A stretch of DNA of 63,404 bases. Source: Gemmatimonas sp. GTDB taxonomy: Bacteria > Gemmatimonadota > Gemmatimonadetes > Gemmatimonadales > Gemmatimonadaceae. Below the pieces are notes generated by a model. It was not told where the DNA came from and searched no databases. It saw only the letters and a list, made by a program, of their open reading frames with translations. Shown here in pieces: positions 1-9,394 of this stretch. The position numbers and the translations under genes were made by a program. The DNA lies in NCBI GenBank assembly GCA_031414535.1, contig JANNVQ010000027.1, positions 1-63,404 of the forward strand, written 5' to 3'. Within the stretch, counting starts at the first letter, position 1, and the number at the start of each line of letters is the position of its first letter.

Positions 1-60
1 AGACGGATGACGGATGCTTACCGCTTCGGCCCTCCGCATCCGTCATCCGTCTTCCGTCCA
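1..60. repeat. Heptamer-arm inverted repeat element, copy A (left arm cut by window start)
   Basis: AGACGGATGACGGATGC (1-17) ... GCATCCGTCATCCGTCTTCCGTCCA (36-60); same arms as five other copies. Confidence 0.9.
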
Positions 61-108
61 AGCAGTTCCCTACCCACCTTTCTTGTTTCCCTTGAACTCA
101 GCCCCAGA

Positions 109-2364
109 ATGAGCACCAACCTCGACTACCGCCCGTCCTACTTCGCGGCCGCCATCGCCGCGGGCATGACCTTCCTCCTGTACCTCATCACGCTCTCGCC
201 CGAGACCGCGATGTGGGACACGAGTGAGTACATCACGGCGGCCTACACGCTCGGATTGCCGCATCCCCCAGGCAATCCGTTCTTTGTGCTGATTGGGCGC
301 GTGTTTGCCATTCTGCCGATCGCGCCCAATGTGGCGATGCGCATCAACCTGCTCGCCGCGCTGTCGTCGGCGGTGTCGGCCGGCATGTGGTTCCTGATTA
401 CCGAGCGCGTGCTGGTGGGTTGGTTCGACAAGCGTTGGCAGCGCATCGTGGGCGGCTCGCTCGCCGTGCTCATCGGCGCCACGGCCTTCACGGTGTGGAG
501 CAACTCGGTCGTGAACGAGAAGGTGTACACCGTCTCCTTGGCTGGCCTCGCCATCTCCGCCTGGTTGATCGTGCGCTGGTGCGATGAGCCCGATGCACCG
601 AAGGCTGACCGTCTGCTCATTCTCTTCGCGTATCTCTGCGGAATTGGCTACGCGAACCACATGGCCGGCATGCTGGCCGTACCGGCCGCTGGCATTGCCG
701 TACTCCTGCGCAAGCCAAGCATCATCTTCAAGTGGCGTCTGATCATCGCCTGCCTCGCGGTGGGCGTGCTGGGCGCAACGCCGTTCATCTCGCAGCCAAT
801 CCGCGCAGCCCACAACCCGCCGATCAACGAAGGCGAGCCCACGGCATGCCGCGAAGGTCTCAAGCTCGAGTGCACACTGAGCGCCGGCACCTACGAAGCG
901 TTCATGTACAACTTCAACCGCGGGCAGTACGGCAAGCCCGATGTGACCGAGCGCATGGCGCCGTTCTCGGCGCAGATTGGTATGTGGTGGCTGTACTTCA
1001 AGTGGCAGTGGGTCCGCGACCACCACAATGAGAACAGCGGCCTCCAAGGCGGTCTCGCGGCCATCTTCCTGCTGCTCGGCATCATCGGCGGTTGGGTGCA
1101 CTACAAGCGAGACCCTCGAAGCTTCTCGTTCTTCGGGCCGCTCATGCTCACGCTCACCCTCGGCCTGATTTTCTACCTGAACTTCAAGTACGGCGCGTCG
1201 CAGTCGCCGGAATTGGTTGACTCCGTGGACCGCGAGGTGCGTGACCGAGACTACTTCTATCTCTGGAGCTTCTCGGCCTGGTCCGTGTGGGCCGCGCTTG
1301 GGCTCGTTTACGTGTGGGAGAGCATCGCGGTGGTGATTGGCCGCGAGCGCGTAACGGTGGGACGCGAGAGCTATGATTTGCCCACGAACAAGGGCTGGGC
1401 CCTCGGCGCACCCGTTCTGCTGATTGCGTTCGTTCCCCTCTTTGCGAACTGGCAGTCGGCCTCGCGCGCTGGCCAGACGGATACGGCCGACGTCGCGATT
1501 GATATGCTCAACTCGGTTGAGCCCTATGGGATTCTCGTTACCGTCGGCGACAACGACACCTTCCCGCTCTGGTACGCGCAGGAAGTGCTCGGCGTGCGCA
1601 AGGACGTGACCGTTGCCAACACCTCGCTGCTCAACACGGACTGGTACACGCGGCAGATGATTCGCCGCGAAGTGTTTGCGTACGACAAGGCCACGGGGCC
1701 TGCCGTCTACAACGACCGCGAGTGGACCAAGCCCTCAGGTCCGGCGCTCAAGATGACCTTCGCTGAAGCGGATCGCTTGCCGCTTTATCAGGAAATCAAT
1801 ACGCCGCAGACTTTCAGCAAGGGTGAGCTCCGCGCGACGATTCAACCGCAGGTCCTGACGCGGGCGGACATCCTCGTACTGCGGATGATTCTCGACAACA
1901 ACGATCGCGCCATTCACTTCAGCCGTACCTCCGGTGGACTCGCGGAACAGTTGGGCCTTGGCGAGTACGTCGTCATGCAGGGACACTCGCGGAAGCTGAT
2001 GCCGAGAGCCGTCGTGGAGAGCGAGAACATCGTGCGCATCCCAGGCGAAGGCTTCGTGGATGTGAATCGCTCCATCGCCCTGTGGCGCGAGTTCAAGACG
2101 CCGGCCTCGCTGATTCGCCGCGGGGATTGGGTCGATCAGCCGAGCGTCGGATTGCCAGGCCTCGTCACCAACACCGGCATCATCACGGCCGAGGCCGTCT
2201 CGCGGACTGGCAATCTCGCAGTTGCAGATTCCGTGATGGGCACGGTTCGGGAGCTGGCAGCGGCGATGCGCTTCACTCAATTGCTCGCAAGCTTGCCGGG
2301 GCCCCGCGCGACGCTTCCGAGCGCGGACTCGCCGATGGCAGTCCCGCTACCTATTCGCCCGTAA
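109..2364 (+). CDS. DUF2723 family multi-pass membrane protein (TMEM260-like, putative GT-C glycosyltransferase)
   Basis: Motifs WDTSEY, LGLPHPPGNP, EVRDRDYFY, GDNDTFPLWY; many TM segments. Start placed at ATG 109 because the ORF-track extension reads through the repeat. Confidence 0.85.
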   Translation: MSTNLDYRPSYFAAAIAAGMTFLLYLITLSPETAMWDTSEYITAAYTLGLPHPPGNPFFVLIGRVFAILPIAPNVAMRINLLAALSSAVSAGMWFLITERVLVGWFDKRWQRIVGGSLAVLIGATAFTVWSNSVVNEKVYTVSLAGLAISAWLIVRWCDEPDAPKADRLLILFAYLCGIGYANHMAGMLAVPAAGIAVLLRKPSIIFKWRLIIACLAVGVLGATPFISQPIRAAHNPPINEGEPTACREGLKLECTLSAGTYEAFMYNFNRGQYGKPDVTERMAPFSAQIGMWWLYFKWQWVRDHHNENSGLQGGLAAIFLLLGIIGGWVHYKRDPRSFSFFGPLMLTLTLGLIFYLNFKYGASQSPELVDSVDREVRDRDYFYLWSFSAWSVWAALGLVYVWESIAVVIGRERVTVGRESYDLPTNKGWALGAPVLLIAFVPLFANWQSASRAGQTDTADVAIDMLNSVEPYGILVTVGDNDTFPLWYAQEVLGVRKDVTVANTSLLNTDWYTRQMIRREVFAYDKATGPAVYNDREWTKPSGPALKMTFAEADRLPLYQEINTPQTFSKGELRATIQPQVLTRADILVLRMILDNNDRAIHFSRTSGGLAEQLGLGEYVVMQGHSRKLMPRAVVESENIVRIPGEGFVDVNRSIALWREFKTPASLIRRGDWVDQPSVGLPGLVTNTGIITAEAVSRTGNLAVADSVMGTVRELAAAMRFTQLLASLPGPRATLPSADSPMAVPLPIRP

Positions 2365-2371
2365 CGGGCAG

Positions 2372-2737
2372 CTACCCCGCGGCGAGCGCGTCCATCCACG
2401 GGCGCGTCGCCGCGAGGGCGTCGTGCACGCCGTCAACTGCGGCACGTAGGTCGGCGGCATCCTCGCCGTTACCGGCCAATTCCGCGCGCTCGCATGCCAT
2501 CACCACATCGAGCACACCGAGTTGCGCCGCCGAGATGCGGAGCGCGCGCGCACCCTCCGCTACGCTGGCAAAGTCCTGCGATGCCACCTGACGGTCCAGC
2601 CACGCCGCTTGGGCGGCGGCAAAGTCATTGAACGCACCGACCACGCCGCGCACGAGTTCCTCTCCGCCGGCCGCCCGGATGGACGCGACAGCGGTGACGG
2701 CTTCTCGTGGGGCCTGCTCGTCGGCAAAGTGGACCAT
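2372..2737 (-). CDS. Stand-alone Hpt-like domain protein lacking the phospho-acceptor His
   Basis: GGEELVRGVVGAF...DFASVAEGARALRISAAQLG...CERAE matches the Hpt helix pattern (AHxLKGSA) with H replaced by R. Confidence 0.7.
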   Translation of the reverse strand: MVHFADEQAPREAVTAVASIRAAGGEELVRGVVGAFNDFAAAQAAWLDRQVASQDFASVAEGARALRISAAQLGVLDVVMACERAELAGNGEDAADLRAAVDGVHDALAATRPWMDALAAG

Positions 2738-2849
2738 GTGAGGTATACGTCCAATGCGTGAGGAGCGTTGCGGGGTTCCCCGTGAAGGCTGGAATTGCCC
2801 GCCCTGCCCCCTCCGAAAACCAGCGAAATCCGCTACTTTTCGCCCGCAG

Positions 2850-2932
2850 GGAGGGTTGGCAGAATGGCTATTGCACCAGTCTTGAAAACTGGCGTCCGCA
2901 AGGACTTACAGGTTCGAACCCTGTACCCTCCG
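2850..2932 (+). tRNA. tRNA-Ser (anticodon TGA)
   Basis: Acceptor GGAGGGT/ACCCTCC, anticodon arm CCAGT-CT-TGA-AA-ACTGG, long variable arm, GGTTCGAAC T-loop; CCA not encoded. Confidence 0.95.
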
Positions 2933-3036
2933 TTCCGAGTTGCAGCGTTGCTCGTGTGGAAACCTCCACAAGCCGCTTGAATCGTCCCTCGCAAGAGGCG
3001 ACATTTGGGGTTCTCGGGTCCGCCCGAGTCGTAGTT

Positions 3037-3127
3037 GGAGACGTGGCCGAGAGGCTGAAGGCGGCGGTTTGCTAAACCGTTATACGGGGTTAAACCTGTA
3101 TCGAGGGTTCGAATCCCTCCGTCTCCG
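3037..3127 (+). tRNA. tRNA-Ser (anticodon GCT)
   Basis: Acceptor GGAGACG/CGTCTCC, anticodon arm GCGGT-TT-GCT-AA-ACCGT, long variable arm, GGTTCGAATCC; CCA not encoded. Confidence 0.95.
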
Positions 3128-3136
3128 TGGAGCGCT

Positions 3137-3167
3137 GGCCCGATGCGGATTTTTGTCCGGTCGGGCC
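3137..3167 (+). terminator. Possible terminator hairpin after tRNA-Ser
   Basis: GGCCCGAT...GTCGGGCC stem followed by T-rich TGTGTTCGTTTT. Confidence 0.4.
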
Positions 3168-3184
3168 TGTGTTCGTTTTAGGAC

Positions 3185-3242
3185 TGGATGGAAGACGGAT
3201 GACGGACGCTTGCTTCGAGCATCCGTCATTCGTCCTCCGTCC
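3185..3242. repeat. Heptamer-arm inverted repeat element, copy B (empty)
   Basis: TGGATGGAAGACGGATGACGGACGCT ... AGCATCCGTCATTCGTCCTCCGTCC between tRNA-Ser and gltX. Confidence 0.9.
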
Positions 3243-3266
3243 CCGCCAATCTTCAACCCCGCGCCA

Positions 3267-4724
3267 GTGCCGGCAATCCGTCTTCGCTTCGCCCCTTCTC
3301 CCACCGGCTACCTCCACGTAGGCGGCGCGCGTACCGCGCTGTTCAACTGGCTCCTCGCTCGCAAGTCCGGCGGTCAGTTCCTATTGCGCGTCGAGGACAC
3401 CGACAAGGCGCGATCCACCGATGAGTCCACGCAGGCAATCTTCGAAGGCCTCACTTGGCTCGGTCTCGATTGGGACGAAGAGGTGGTCTTCCAAGGCGGC
3501 AATCTCGAGCGGCATCGCGCCGACGCCGAGCGTTTGCTCGCGGAGAAGAAGGCGTATCGTTGCTTCTGCACCACGGAGGAACTCTCCGTGCGCCGCGCCG
3601 CAGCGGAAGCGGCGGGTGGAGCATTCGCCTACGACCGTCGTTGCGACAAGCTGGAGGCGGACGAAGTCGCGAGGCGCATGGGCGCGGGCAATCCCTTCGT
3701 GTTGCGCTTTCGCGTGCCCGACGGTGAGACCGCGTGGGCAGATCTCGTGCACGGCCGCATCAGCTTCCCCAACAAGGACATTGACGACTTCGTCATCCTG
3801 CGTTCGGATGGGACGCCGATCTACAACCACGCTGTTGTCTCCGACGACATCGCGATGCGCATCACGCTCGTGATGCGTGGCGACGATCACATCTCCAATA
3901 CGCCGAAGCAGATTCTGCTCTACGAGGCGCTCGGCGCCGCGCTACCGCAGTTCGCGCACTTGCCGATGATCCACGGCACCGACGGCAAGAAGCTGTCGAA
4001 GCGTCACGGGGCCACCGCCGTTGGCGACTACCAGCACAAAGGCATTCTTCCGCAGGCGATGGTGAACTTCCTCGCCCTCCTCGGCTGGAGCCCCGGCGGT
4101 GATTTCAATGAAGTGATGTCGCTTGAGGAGTTGATCACCGCATTCACCGAAGATGGTCTGCTCAAGAAGGCTGCGGTGTTTGATCCCGCCAAGCTCGAGT
4201 GGATGAATGGGCAACACCTCGTGAAGATGCCGCTCAGCGAAGTGGCCGCGAAGGTCACGCCGGCGCTGGTAGCCGCTGGACTTAGCGACGCTGCGTGGCT
4301 CGCGGCCAACGAGAGCTGGTATCACAAGCTCCTTGAGCTCCTGCGCGTCCGCGCGCGCCTGCTCGACGACATCGTGGCGCAGGCCCTGCCTTACTTCCGC
4401 GATGACTTCGCCTACGATGCCGACGCTGTGGCCAAGCAGTGGAAGGACGCGACGGTGGCGCAGTCCATGCTCGCGGCCTGCCGTGAATCGCTCGCCACGC
4501 TCGAGCCCTGGGACGAGGCGGCGATGGAGCCCGTGATGCGCGCGCTCGCCGAACAGAAGGGCGTGGGTGCCGGCAAGCTCCTGCAACCATTGCGCGTCGC
4601 GTTGGTTGGGTCGTCGGCATCACCGGGCATCTTTGAAGTGATGGCCCTCCTCGGTCGCGCGCGTACCCTCGCGCGCATCGCGCGCGCGGAAGCCCACCTG
4701 CAGGGGATGCTGGCAGGCAACTGA
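3267..4724 (+). CDS. gltX: Glutamate--tRNA ligase
   Basis: RFAPSPTGYLHVGG (HIGH), RVEDTD, RGDDHISNTPKQ, KLSKRHG (KMSKS). Start set at GTG 3267 because the longer ORF overlaps a tRNA. Confidence 0.97.
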   Translation: MPAIRLRFAPSPTGYLHVGGARTALFNWLLARKSGGQFLLRVEDTDKARSTDESTQAIFEGLTWLGLDWDEEVVFQGGNLERHRADAERLLAEKKAYRCFCTTEELSVRRAAAEAAGGAFAYDRRCDKLEADEVARRMGAGNPFVLRFRVPDGETAWADLVHGRISFPNKDIDDFVILRSDGTPIYNHAVVSDDIAMRITLVMRGDDHISNTPKQILLYEALGAALPQFAHLPMIHGTDGKKLSKRHGATAVGDYQHKGILPQAMVNFLALLGWSPGGDFNEVMSLEELITAFTEDGLLKKAAVFDPAKLEWMNGQHLVKMPLSEVAAKVTPALVAAGLSDAAWLAANESWYHKLLELLRVRARLLDDIVAQALPYFRDDFAYDADAVAKQWKDATVAQSMLAACRESLATLEPWDEAAMEPVMRALAEQKGVGAGKLLQPLRVALVGSSASPGIFEVMALLGRARTLARIARAEAHLQGMLAGN

Positions 4725-4725
4725 C

Positions 4726-5364
4726 GTGGATGCTCCTCGTGCGGCGCTGACGCCGGTCGAACGGAAGGTTTGGCACTTCCTCATTGATCATCTGGCGACG
4801 CACACCTTCCAACCCAGCATTCGCGAGATTGCGCAGCACCTGCGCATTCCCTCCACGCGCACCGTTGCCGACTTACTGGGCGCCTTGCAGACCAAGGGCT
4901 ATCTCCGCCGCGTGCCGGGTCGCTCCCGTGGTGTTGTCATCGAAGGACTCACCGGGGGCAGTGGCACGCAACCCGTGCCCGTCGTGCGCTACACTGCTGA
5001 CCGCAGCACAGTCGTTGACGATCACTTCACCCTCGACCGCGCGCTGGTCACCAGCGAGGATTGTTTCCTCGTTCGCGCAAACGCCGAGGACGCACCGCGG
5101 CACGCCGTGCGCGAGGGCGATCTGCTGCTGGTGATTCCCACAGCGCGCGTGGCGGAAGAGAATCCGGTCGTGGCCCGCGTGGGGCCGCACATCCTCGTGC
5201 GCACGCTCGTGCGGCGCGGTGCCTACTTGCTCCTGCTGGCGCCCGCGCCTGGGATGCAGGACCTCGAGCTTGGCGACGGGGACGACTTCAAGATTCTCGG
5301 TCCGCTCGGCCTCGTGCTCCGCATCACTGCCCCCCGCGCCGACGAACCCGAGAGCGAAGCGTAA
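4726..5364 (+). CDS. LexA-like repressor with a degenerate peptidase S24 domain
   Basis: N-terminal LexA wHTH (LTPVER...PSIREIA...LxxKGYL...SRG). C-domain keeps the S24 pattern (FLVR, EGDLLLV, VVARV) but has no Ala-Gly site, GDSM or VKR. Confidence 0.8.
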   Translation: MDAPRAALTPVERKVWHFLIDHLATHTFQPSIREIAQHLRIPSTRTVADLLGALQTKGYLRRVPGRSRGVVIEGLTGGSGTQPVPVVRYTADRSTVVDDHFTLDRALVTSEDCFLVRANAEDAPRHAVREGDLLLVIPTARVAEENPVVARVGPHILVRTLVRRGAYLLLLAPAPGMQDLELGDGDDFKILGPLGLVLRITAPRADEPESEA

Positions 5365-5367
5365 CGC

Positions 5368-6294
5368 TCAATCCCGGAGCGAATCCGGGCGCGTCCCCTG
5401 CGTGGCCTCGCGGGCTTCCCGCCGCTCGCGGTCACGACGCGCCCGCAGGGCCTCCACCGCACGATCGAACTCATCATCGCGCATCTGGCGTGCCGCCTGC
5501 TGGATGATTTCACTCCGCATCGCGTCCAAGCGCTTCGCGCGCTCCATCGCAATCGGGTTCGCCTGCACGTTGTTCAGCGCGAGCATACCGAGAATCGGTG
5601 TCGGCAGCGAGAAATCGCCGAGCCGAATCATTCCCCGATCCACGCCCCACTTCTTGCCACCGGCGTCAAATGTCCAATCGCCAGGGCGGCGGCCGCCTGT
5701 GGGATTCTCGCGCGCCACTTCCTCCGCGTACGCGATAATGCTGCGCTCCAGCATCAATCGCAGCGTATCGGCTCGCGTGAGCGGCACCACCGGAGACACC
5801 ACCACAGCGCTCGGCTTCACCCAGAGTCGCTGGTCGGTAAACGTGGGACGCAGTCCACGAATCGGTCCGCCGTCACCGACAATGTCTCCGTATCCGCCAC
5901 TCACCGGTGCGGGCGTTGCGGGCGCAGCGGGCAGTACACTCGGCACACCCGTCGGCGCGACGATGGGCGTTGGGTCGGATGGTGGTAGCGCCTCATCGAG
6001 CGGACGTCCATCACCGCCATCGCGTGGCGCTTCACGATTGGCCTCTCCACCCGTAGGCAGCAGGACCTCGAAGCGAATCACTTCTGGTTCGATTGGCCGT
6101 CCCGAATCGTCGCGAAGCCAATCGTAGGCAATCGGCACAAGGAAGGCGGGCAGAACAACCGCGAGCAAGAGCAGTTGCAGTCCAAATGCGACGGCCGACG
6201 CCCGGGGATCCCCCGAACGACGCTTGGGCAGCAGCTGAACGCCGCGCCGTTTCTTCACGCGCCGGCGACCACCCGATTCTTCACTTTGCTCCAT
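5368..6294 (-). CDS. Hypothetical membrane-anchored protein with Pro-rich linker
   Basis: One N-terminal TM, Pro-rich segment, charged helical C-terminus; last gene of the minus-strand operon. Confidence 0.7.
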   Translation of the reverse strand: MEQSEESGGRRRVKKRRGVQLLPKRRSGDPRASAVAFGLQLLLLAVVLPAFLVPIAYDWLRDDSGRPIEPEVIRFEVLLPTGGEANREAPRDGGDGRPLDEALPPSDPTPIVAPTGVPSVLPAAPATPAPVSGGYGDIVGDGGPIRGLRPTFTDQRLWVKPSAVVVSPVVPLTRADTLRLMLERSIIAYAEEVARENPTGGRRPGDWTFDAGGKKWGVDRGMIRLGDFSLPTPILGMLALNNVQANPIAMERAKRLDAMRSEIIQQAARQMRDDEFDRAVEALRARRDRERREAREATQGTRPDSLRD

Positions 6295-6869
6295 CCCAGC
6301 ACTTCGACTTCGACCTCATCGCCGGGCACGAGCGCACGGACGCCAGCCGGCGTACCGGTCGCGACGATATCGCCGACCTCGAGCGTCATCACCTGCGAGA
6401 TGTAGCTCAGAAGATCGGCAATCGGGAACACCATCTCATCGGAAGAACCGCGCTGTAACTCTTCATCGTTTACGCGCGTGAGGACCGTAAGCTCCTCGAG
6501 GTCAACCTTCCCCTCGCGCTCCTCACCGAGAGGGCAAAAGGTGTCGGAGCCCTTGGCACGCCACCACTGGCCGTCCGACTTCTGCCAATCGCGTGCGGAG
6601 ACATCGTTCACGGCGATCACGCCACGAACCGCCTTCGCTGCTTCGGCCGAGGAAACCTTGGAGAGTCGCGTCCCAATCACCACGCCAATCTCACCCTCGA
6701 AGTCCACGCGCCCCGCATTGAGCGGCAACACGATGTCGTCGCCGTCACGAATCACCGTGGATGGCGGCTTCAGGAAGATGAGTGGCGCCGTCGGAACGTC
6801 GTTCCCGAGTTCCTTGGCGTGCTCGCGGTAATTGCGACCCGCGCAAACAATCTTGGAGGGGTGCTTCAT
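6255..6869 (-). CDS. Fumarylacetoacetate hydrolase family protein
   Basis: KIVCAGRNYREH, FLKPP, DFEGE, NDVSARD, GDIVATGTP; ATG overlaps the upstream stop (ATGA). Confidence 0.93.
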   Translation of the reverse strand: MKHPSKIVCAGRNYREHAKELGNDVPTAPLIFLKPPSTVIRDGDDIVLPLNAGRVDFEGEIGVVIGTRLSKVSSAEAAKAVRGVIAVNDVSARDWQKSDGQWWRAKGSDTFCPLGEEREGKVDLEELTVLTRVNDEELQRGSSDEMVFPIADLLSYISQVMTLEVGDIVATGTPAGVRALVPGDEVEVEVLGWSKVKNRVVAGA

Positions 6870-9394
6870 CTGGAGAATGTACCCTGCTTCGAGGTATTTG
6901 TGTCTCGTCCAGCGGCGTAAAAGGCCTTCAACTCGTCGCGGAGCATGGCCCACGGGCCCTGCAAACGCGTGGCGGGCGGCAGGCCTTCGGTTAGGCGGCG
7001 TCCGTAACTCTTCGTCACCACACGTGGATCGCAAATAATCACGGCACCACGGTCATCCGCCGTGCGAATGAGCCGCCCGAATCCCTGCTTTAGCCGCAGC
7101 GCAGCGTGTGGAATCATGTATTGGCCAAACGAGTCGCCGCCGGCCGTGTCGATGGCTTCGCATTGCGCAGCGGTCATCGGCTCAGTGGGCACGCGGAATG
7201 GAATGCGCCCAATCACCATGCCACGCAGTGCGCGTCCCGGAACGTCCACGCCCTCCCAAAAACTCGCGGTCCCAATCAGTACGGCGTCGCCGTGCTCGCG
7301 AAAGCGCCGCAGCAACTCATCGCGCGGAGCTTCGCCGTGGACAAGCAAGGGATGACGTCCCTCCATTCCCGCGGCGCGCAGAGCTGCCGCGGCCTCACGC
7401 ACGTCCCGATGGCTGGTGTAGAGCACGAACACACCGCCTTCAGCGGCATTGATTAAGTCCTGTGCGGCTTCGATGGTGCGCTTGAAGTGCGCGGGTCCGT
7501 CGACGTTGGGCGCCGGAAAATCACTGGGAATCAGGAGCATGGCCTGCCGCGGATAATCGAATGGCGAAGGCAAGGACGCCGTCACCGGTTCGAGTTCCTC
7601 GTCGTCCAGTCCCAATCGCTTGGTGATGAAGTCAAAGCCATCGCCAACCGCCAAGGTCGCGCTCGTCACGATGGCCGTCTCTACGCGGCGAAAGAGATCT
7701 TCACGCAAGATGGGGGCGAGGTCGAGGGGCACGGCGGTCGCACCGACGTTGCGCTCGCTGCCGCGCAACTCAAGCCAACGCACGCGAGGCGCGCCATCGC
7801 GGCCTGGACGCAGCGAGGCGCGCAGGGCGTCTCCCGCCGTCTGCAGCCGACGGGTCACGCCACGGACTTCATTGAGCAACGGCGCGAGTTCCTCGGACTT
7901 GGCCTCGTCGCTCTCCAAGCGCTCTCGCACCATGCGAAGACCATCGCCGAGTAATTCGATTTCCGCGAGGAGGTCATCGAGCGCCACCGTAAGCCCCGCT
8001 TGCCACACCGATTCGTCGTCGAAGCTATCCGTGAGGCGGACCACCGAGTCGCTGCGACCCTTCATCCACTCGCTGAGCAAGTCGCACAGTGTGGCGCTCT
8101 TCTCGCGCGCCGTCTGCAAGGAGGGCACGAGACGCGCGCGGAGCAGGTCGAGGCTGGCAATCGAGTACAGGTCCTTGCCCGCGGCGAGCTTCTTCTCAAG
8201 CGCTGGCAGCAAGCCCTTGCCCCGCCGCTCCAAGCGCGAGAAGAGTCGCTCCAATCCACGTCGCGACACGTTCTGCCCCAAGTGCGCAGCGGCGGCGTCC
8301 TCGAGGTGGTGACCCTCGTCAATCACTACCCGCTTGTATGCGGGCAGCACCGCTGCCTCATCCCACCGTCCCGACGCGCGACGCACCGCGATGTCCGCCA
8401 TCAGCAGATGGTGGTTCACCACGACCACATCCGCCTGCGCCGCCGCGCGTCGTGCCTTGAACACGAAGCAGGGCTCAAAGTGCGGACACTTGAGTCGCGT
8501 GCACAGATCGCCCTCCGCCGCGACTTCGTCCCACACTTCGGCGCGGGGTTGCACCGGCAAATCTGCTAGCGAGCCGTCTTGTGTCTTCTCGGCCCAGTCT
8601 TCGAGCATGCCGAGGTCCGCCGACGCGTCATCTTCAAAGAGCACGGGTGCCTGCGCGCGCGCCTGCTCCAAGCGCTGTAAACAGAGGTAGTTCTTCCAAC
8701 CCTTCAACAAGGCGAATCGTACGGGCTGATCCGTCAGCGCGCCCTTCAAGAACGGGAGGTCCTTGCTCGTGAGCTGCTCTTGCAGCGTGATGGTGTTGGT
8801 AGAGATCACAGTGCGCTCACCACTCGCCGCTGCCCAGCGCAGCGCGGGCACCAAATAGCCCAGTGACTTGCCGACTCCCGTGCCCGCTTCGATAAGGCCG
8901 ATGCCACCGCGGGAAAACAACTGCGCGATGAGTCGCGCCATCTCGCGCTGGCTCGGCCGATCTTCGTAGCGTCCGAGCTTGAGCGCGATGGGACCATCGG
9001 GCCCGAGCGCGCCGGCGACGTCGCCTGGCTCAAGATGCGCCGCCTCCTTCTGCCGAGGCACCTCCACCACTACATAGACGCGCGAGGCATCGTTGTCCGT
9101 GATGGCGAAGCCGATGCCATCGTCGTGCATCTTGGCCGCGACGGCCAGATCGGCGTCGCTGGGCTCCAAGTGCCCACTGGGATGATTGTGCAGCAAGAGC
9201 TCGCCGCGATTCGCGAAGCCCGGCAAGGCGAGCACACTCGCGATGTCACCGCGCGCCGCGACGCGCGCCGTCTGCACGACGCCCGTATCGTTGATAGTGC
9301 AGACGAAGCACACTTCGCGTCCACCAGCAAGTCGAATGGCGGAGCGGACAGCGGCGGCAGCACCAGGCGTGAAGCGCCCAGTCTCTCCCGTCAC
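6866..9394 (-). CDS. DinG/YoaA-family helicase with N-terminal RadC-like JAB domain
   Basis: EAGTGVGKS Walker A, Fe-S cysteines, DEGHH, TSAT, FWEGVDVPG, QGFGRLIR; N-terminal HNHPSGxxxPSxAD. GTG start overlaps the upstream stop. Confidence 0.9.
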   Translation of the reverse strand: MTGETGRFTPGAAAAVRSAIRLAGGREVCFVCTINDTGVVQTARVAARGDIASVLALPGFANRGELLLHNHPSGHLEPSDADLAVAAKMHDDGIGFAITDNDASRVYVVVEVPRQKEAAHLEPGDVAGALGPDGPIALKLGRYEDRPSQREMARLIAQLFSRGGIGLIEAGTGVGKSLGYLVPALRWAAASGERTVISTNTITLQEQLTSKDLPFLKGALTDQPVRFALLKGWKNYLCLQRLEQARAQAPVLFEDDASADLGMLEDWAEKTQDGSLADLPVQPRAEVWDEVAAEGDLCTRLKCPHFEPCFVFKARRAAAQADVVVVNHHLLMADIAVRRASGRWDEAAVLPAYKRVVIDEGHHLEDAAAAHLGQNVSRRGLERLFSRLERRGKGLLPALEKKLAAGKDLYSIASLDLLRARLVPSLQTAREKSATLCDLLSEWMKGRSDSVVRLTDSFDDESVWQAGLTVALDDLLAEIELLGDGLRMVRERLESDEAKSEELAPLLNEVRGVTRRLQTAGDALRASLRPGRDGAPRVRWLELRGSERNVGATAVPLDLAPILREDLFRRVETAIVTSATLAVGDGFDFITKRLGLDDEELEPVTASLPSPFDYPRQAMLLIPSDFPAPNVDGPAHFKRTIEAAQDLINAAEGGVFVLYTSHRDVREAAAALRAAGMEGRHPLLVHGEAPRDELLRRFREHGDAVLIGTASFWEGVDVPGRALRGMVIGRIPFRVPTEPMTAAQCEAIDTAGGDSFGQYMIPHAALRLKQGFGRLIRTADDRGAVIICDPRVVTKSYGRRLTEGLPPATRLQGPWAMLRDELKAFYAAGRDTNTSKQGTFSR

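Noticed and set aside
2850..2932. Selenocysteine or suppressor tRNA
   Set aside because: Anticodon TGA reads UCA (Ser); tRNA-Sec would have TCA and an extended acceptor stem.
2940..3266. N-terminal extension of GltX in the ORF track
   Set aside because: Overlaps tRNA-Ser and a repeat; homology begins at IRLRFAPSPTG.
6866..9394. CasDinG of a type IV CRISPR system
   Set aside because: No csf/cas genes or array; Fe-S YoaA-type sequence in a housekeeping operon.
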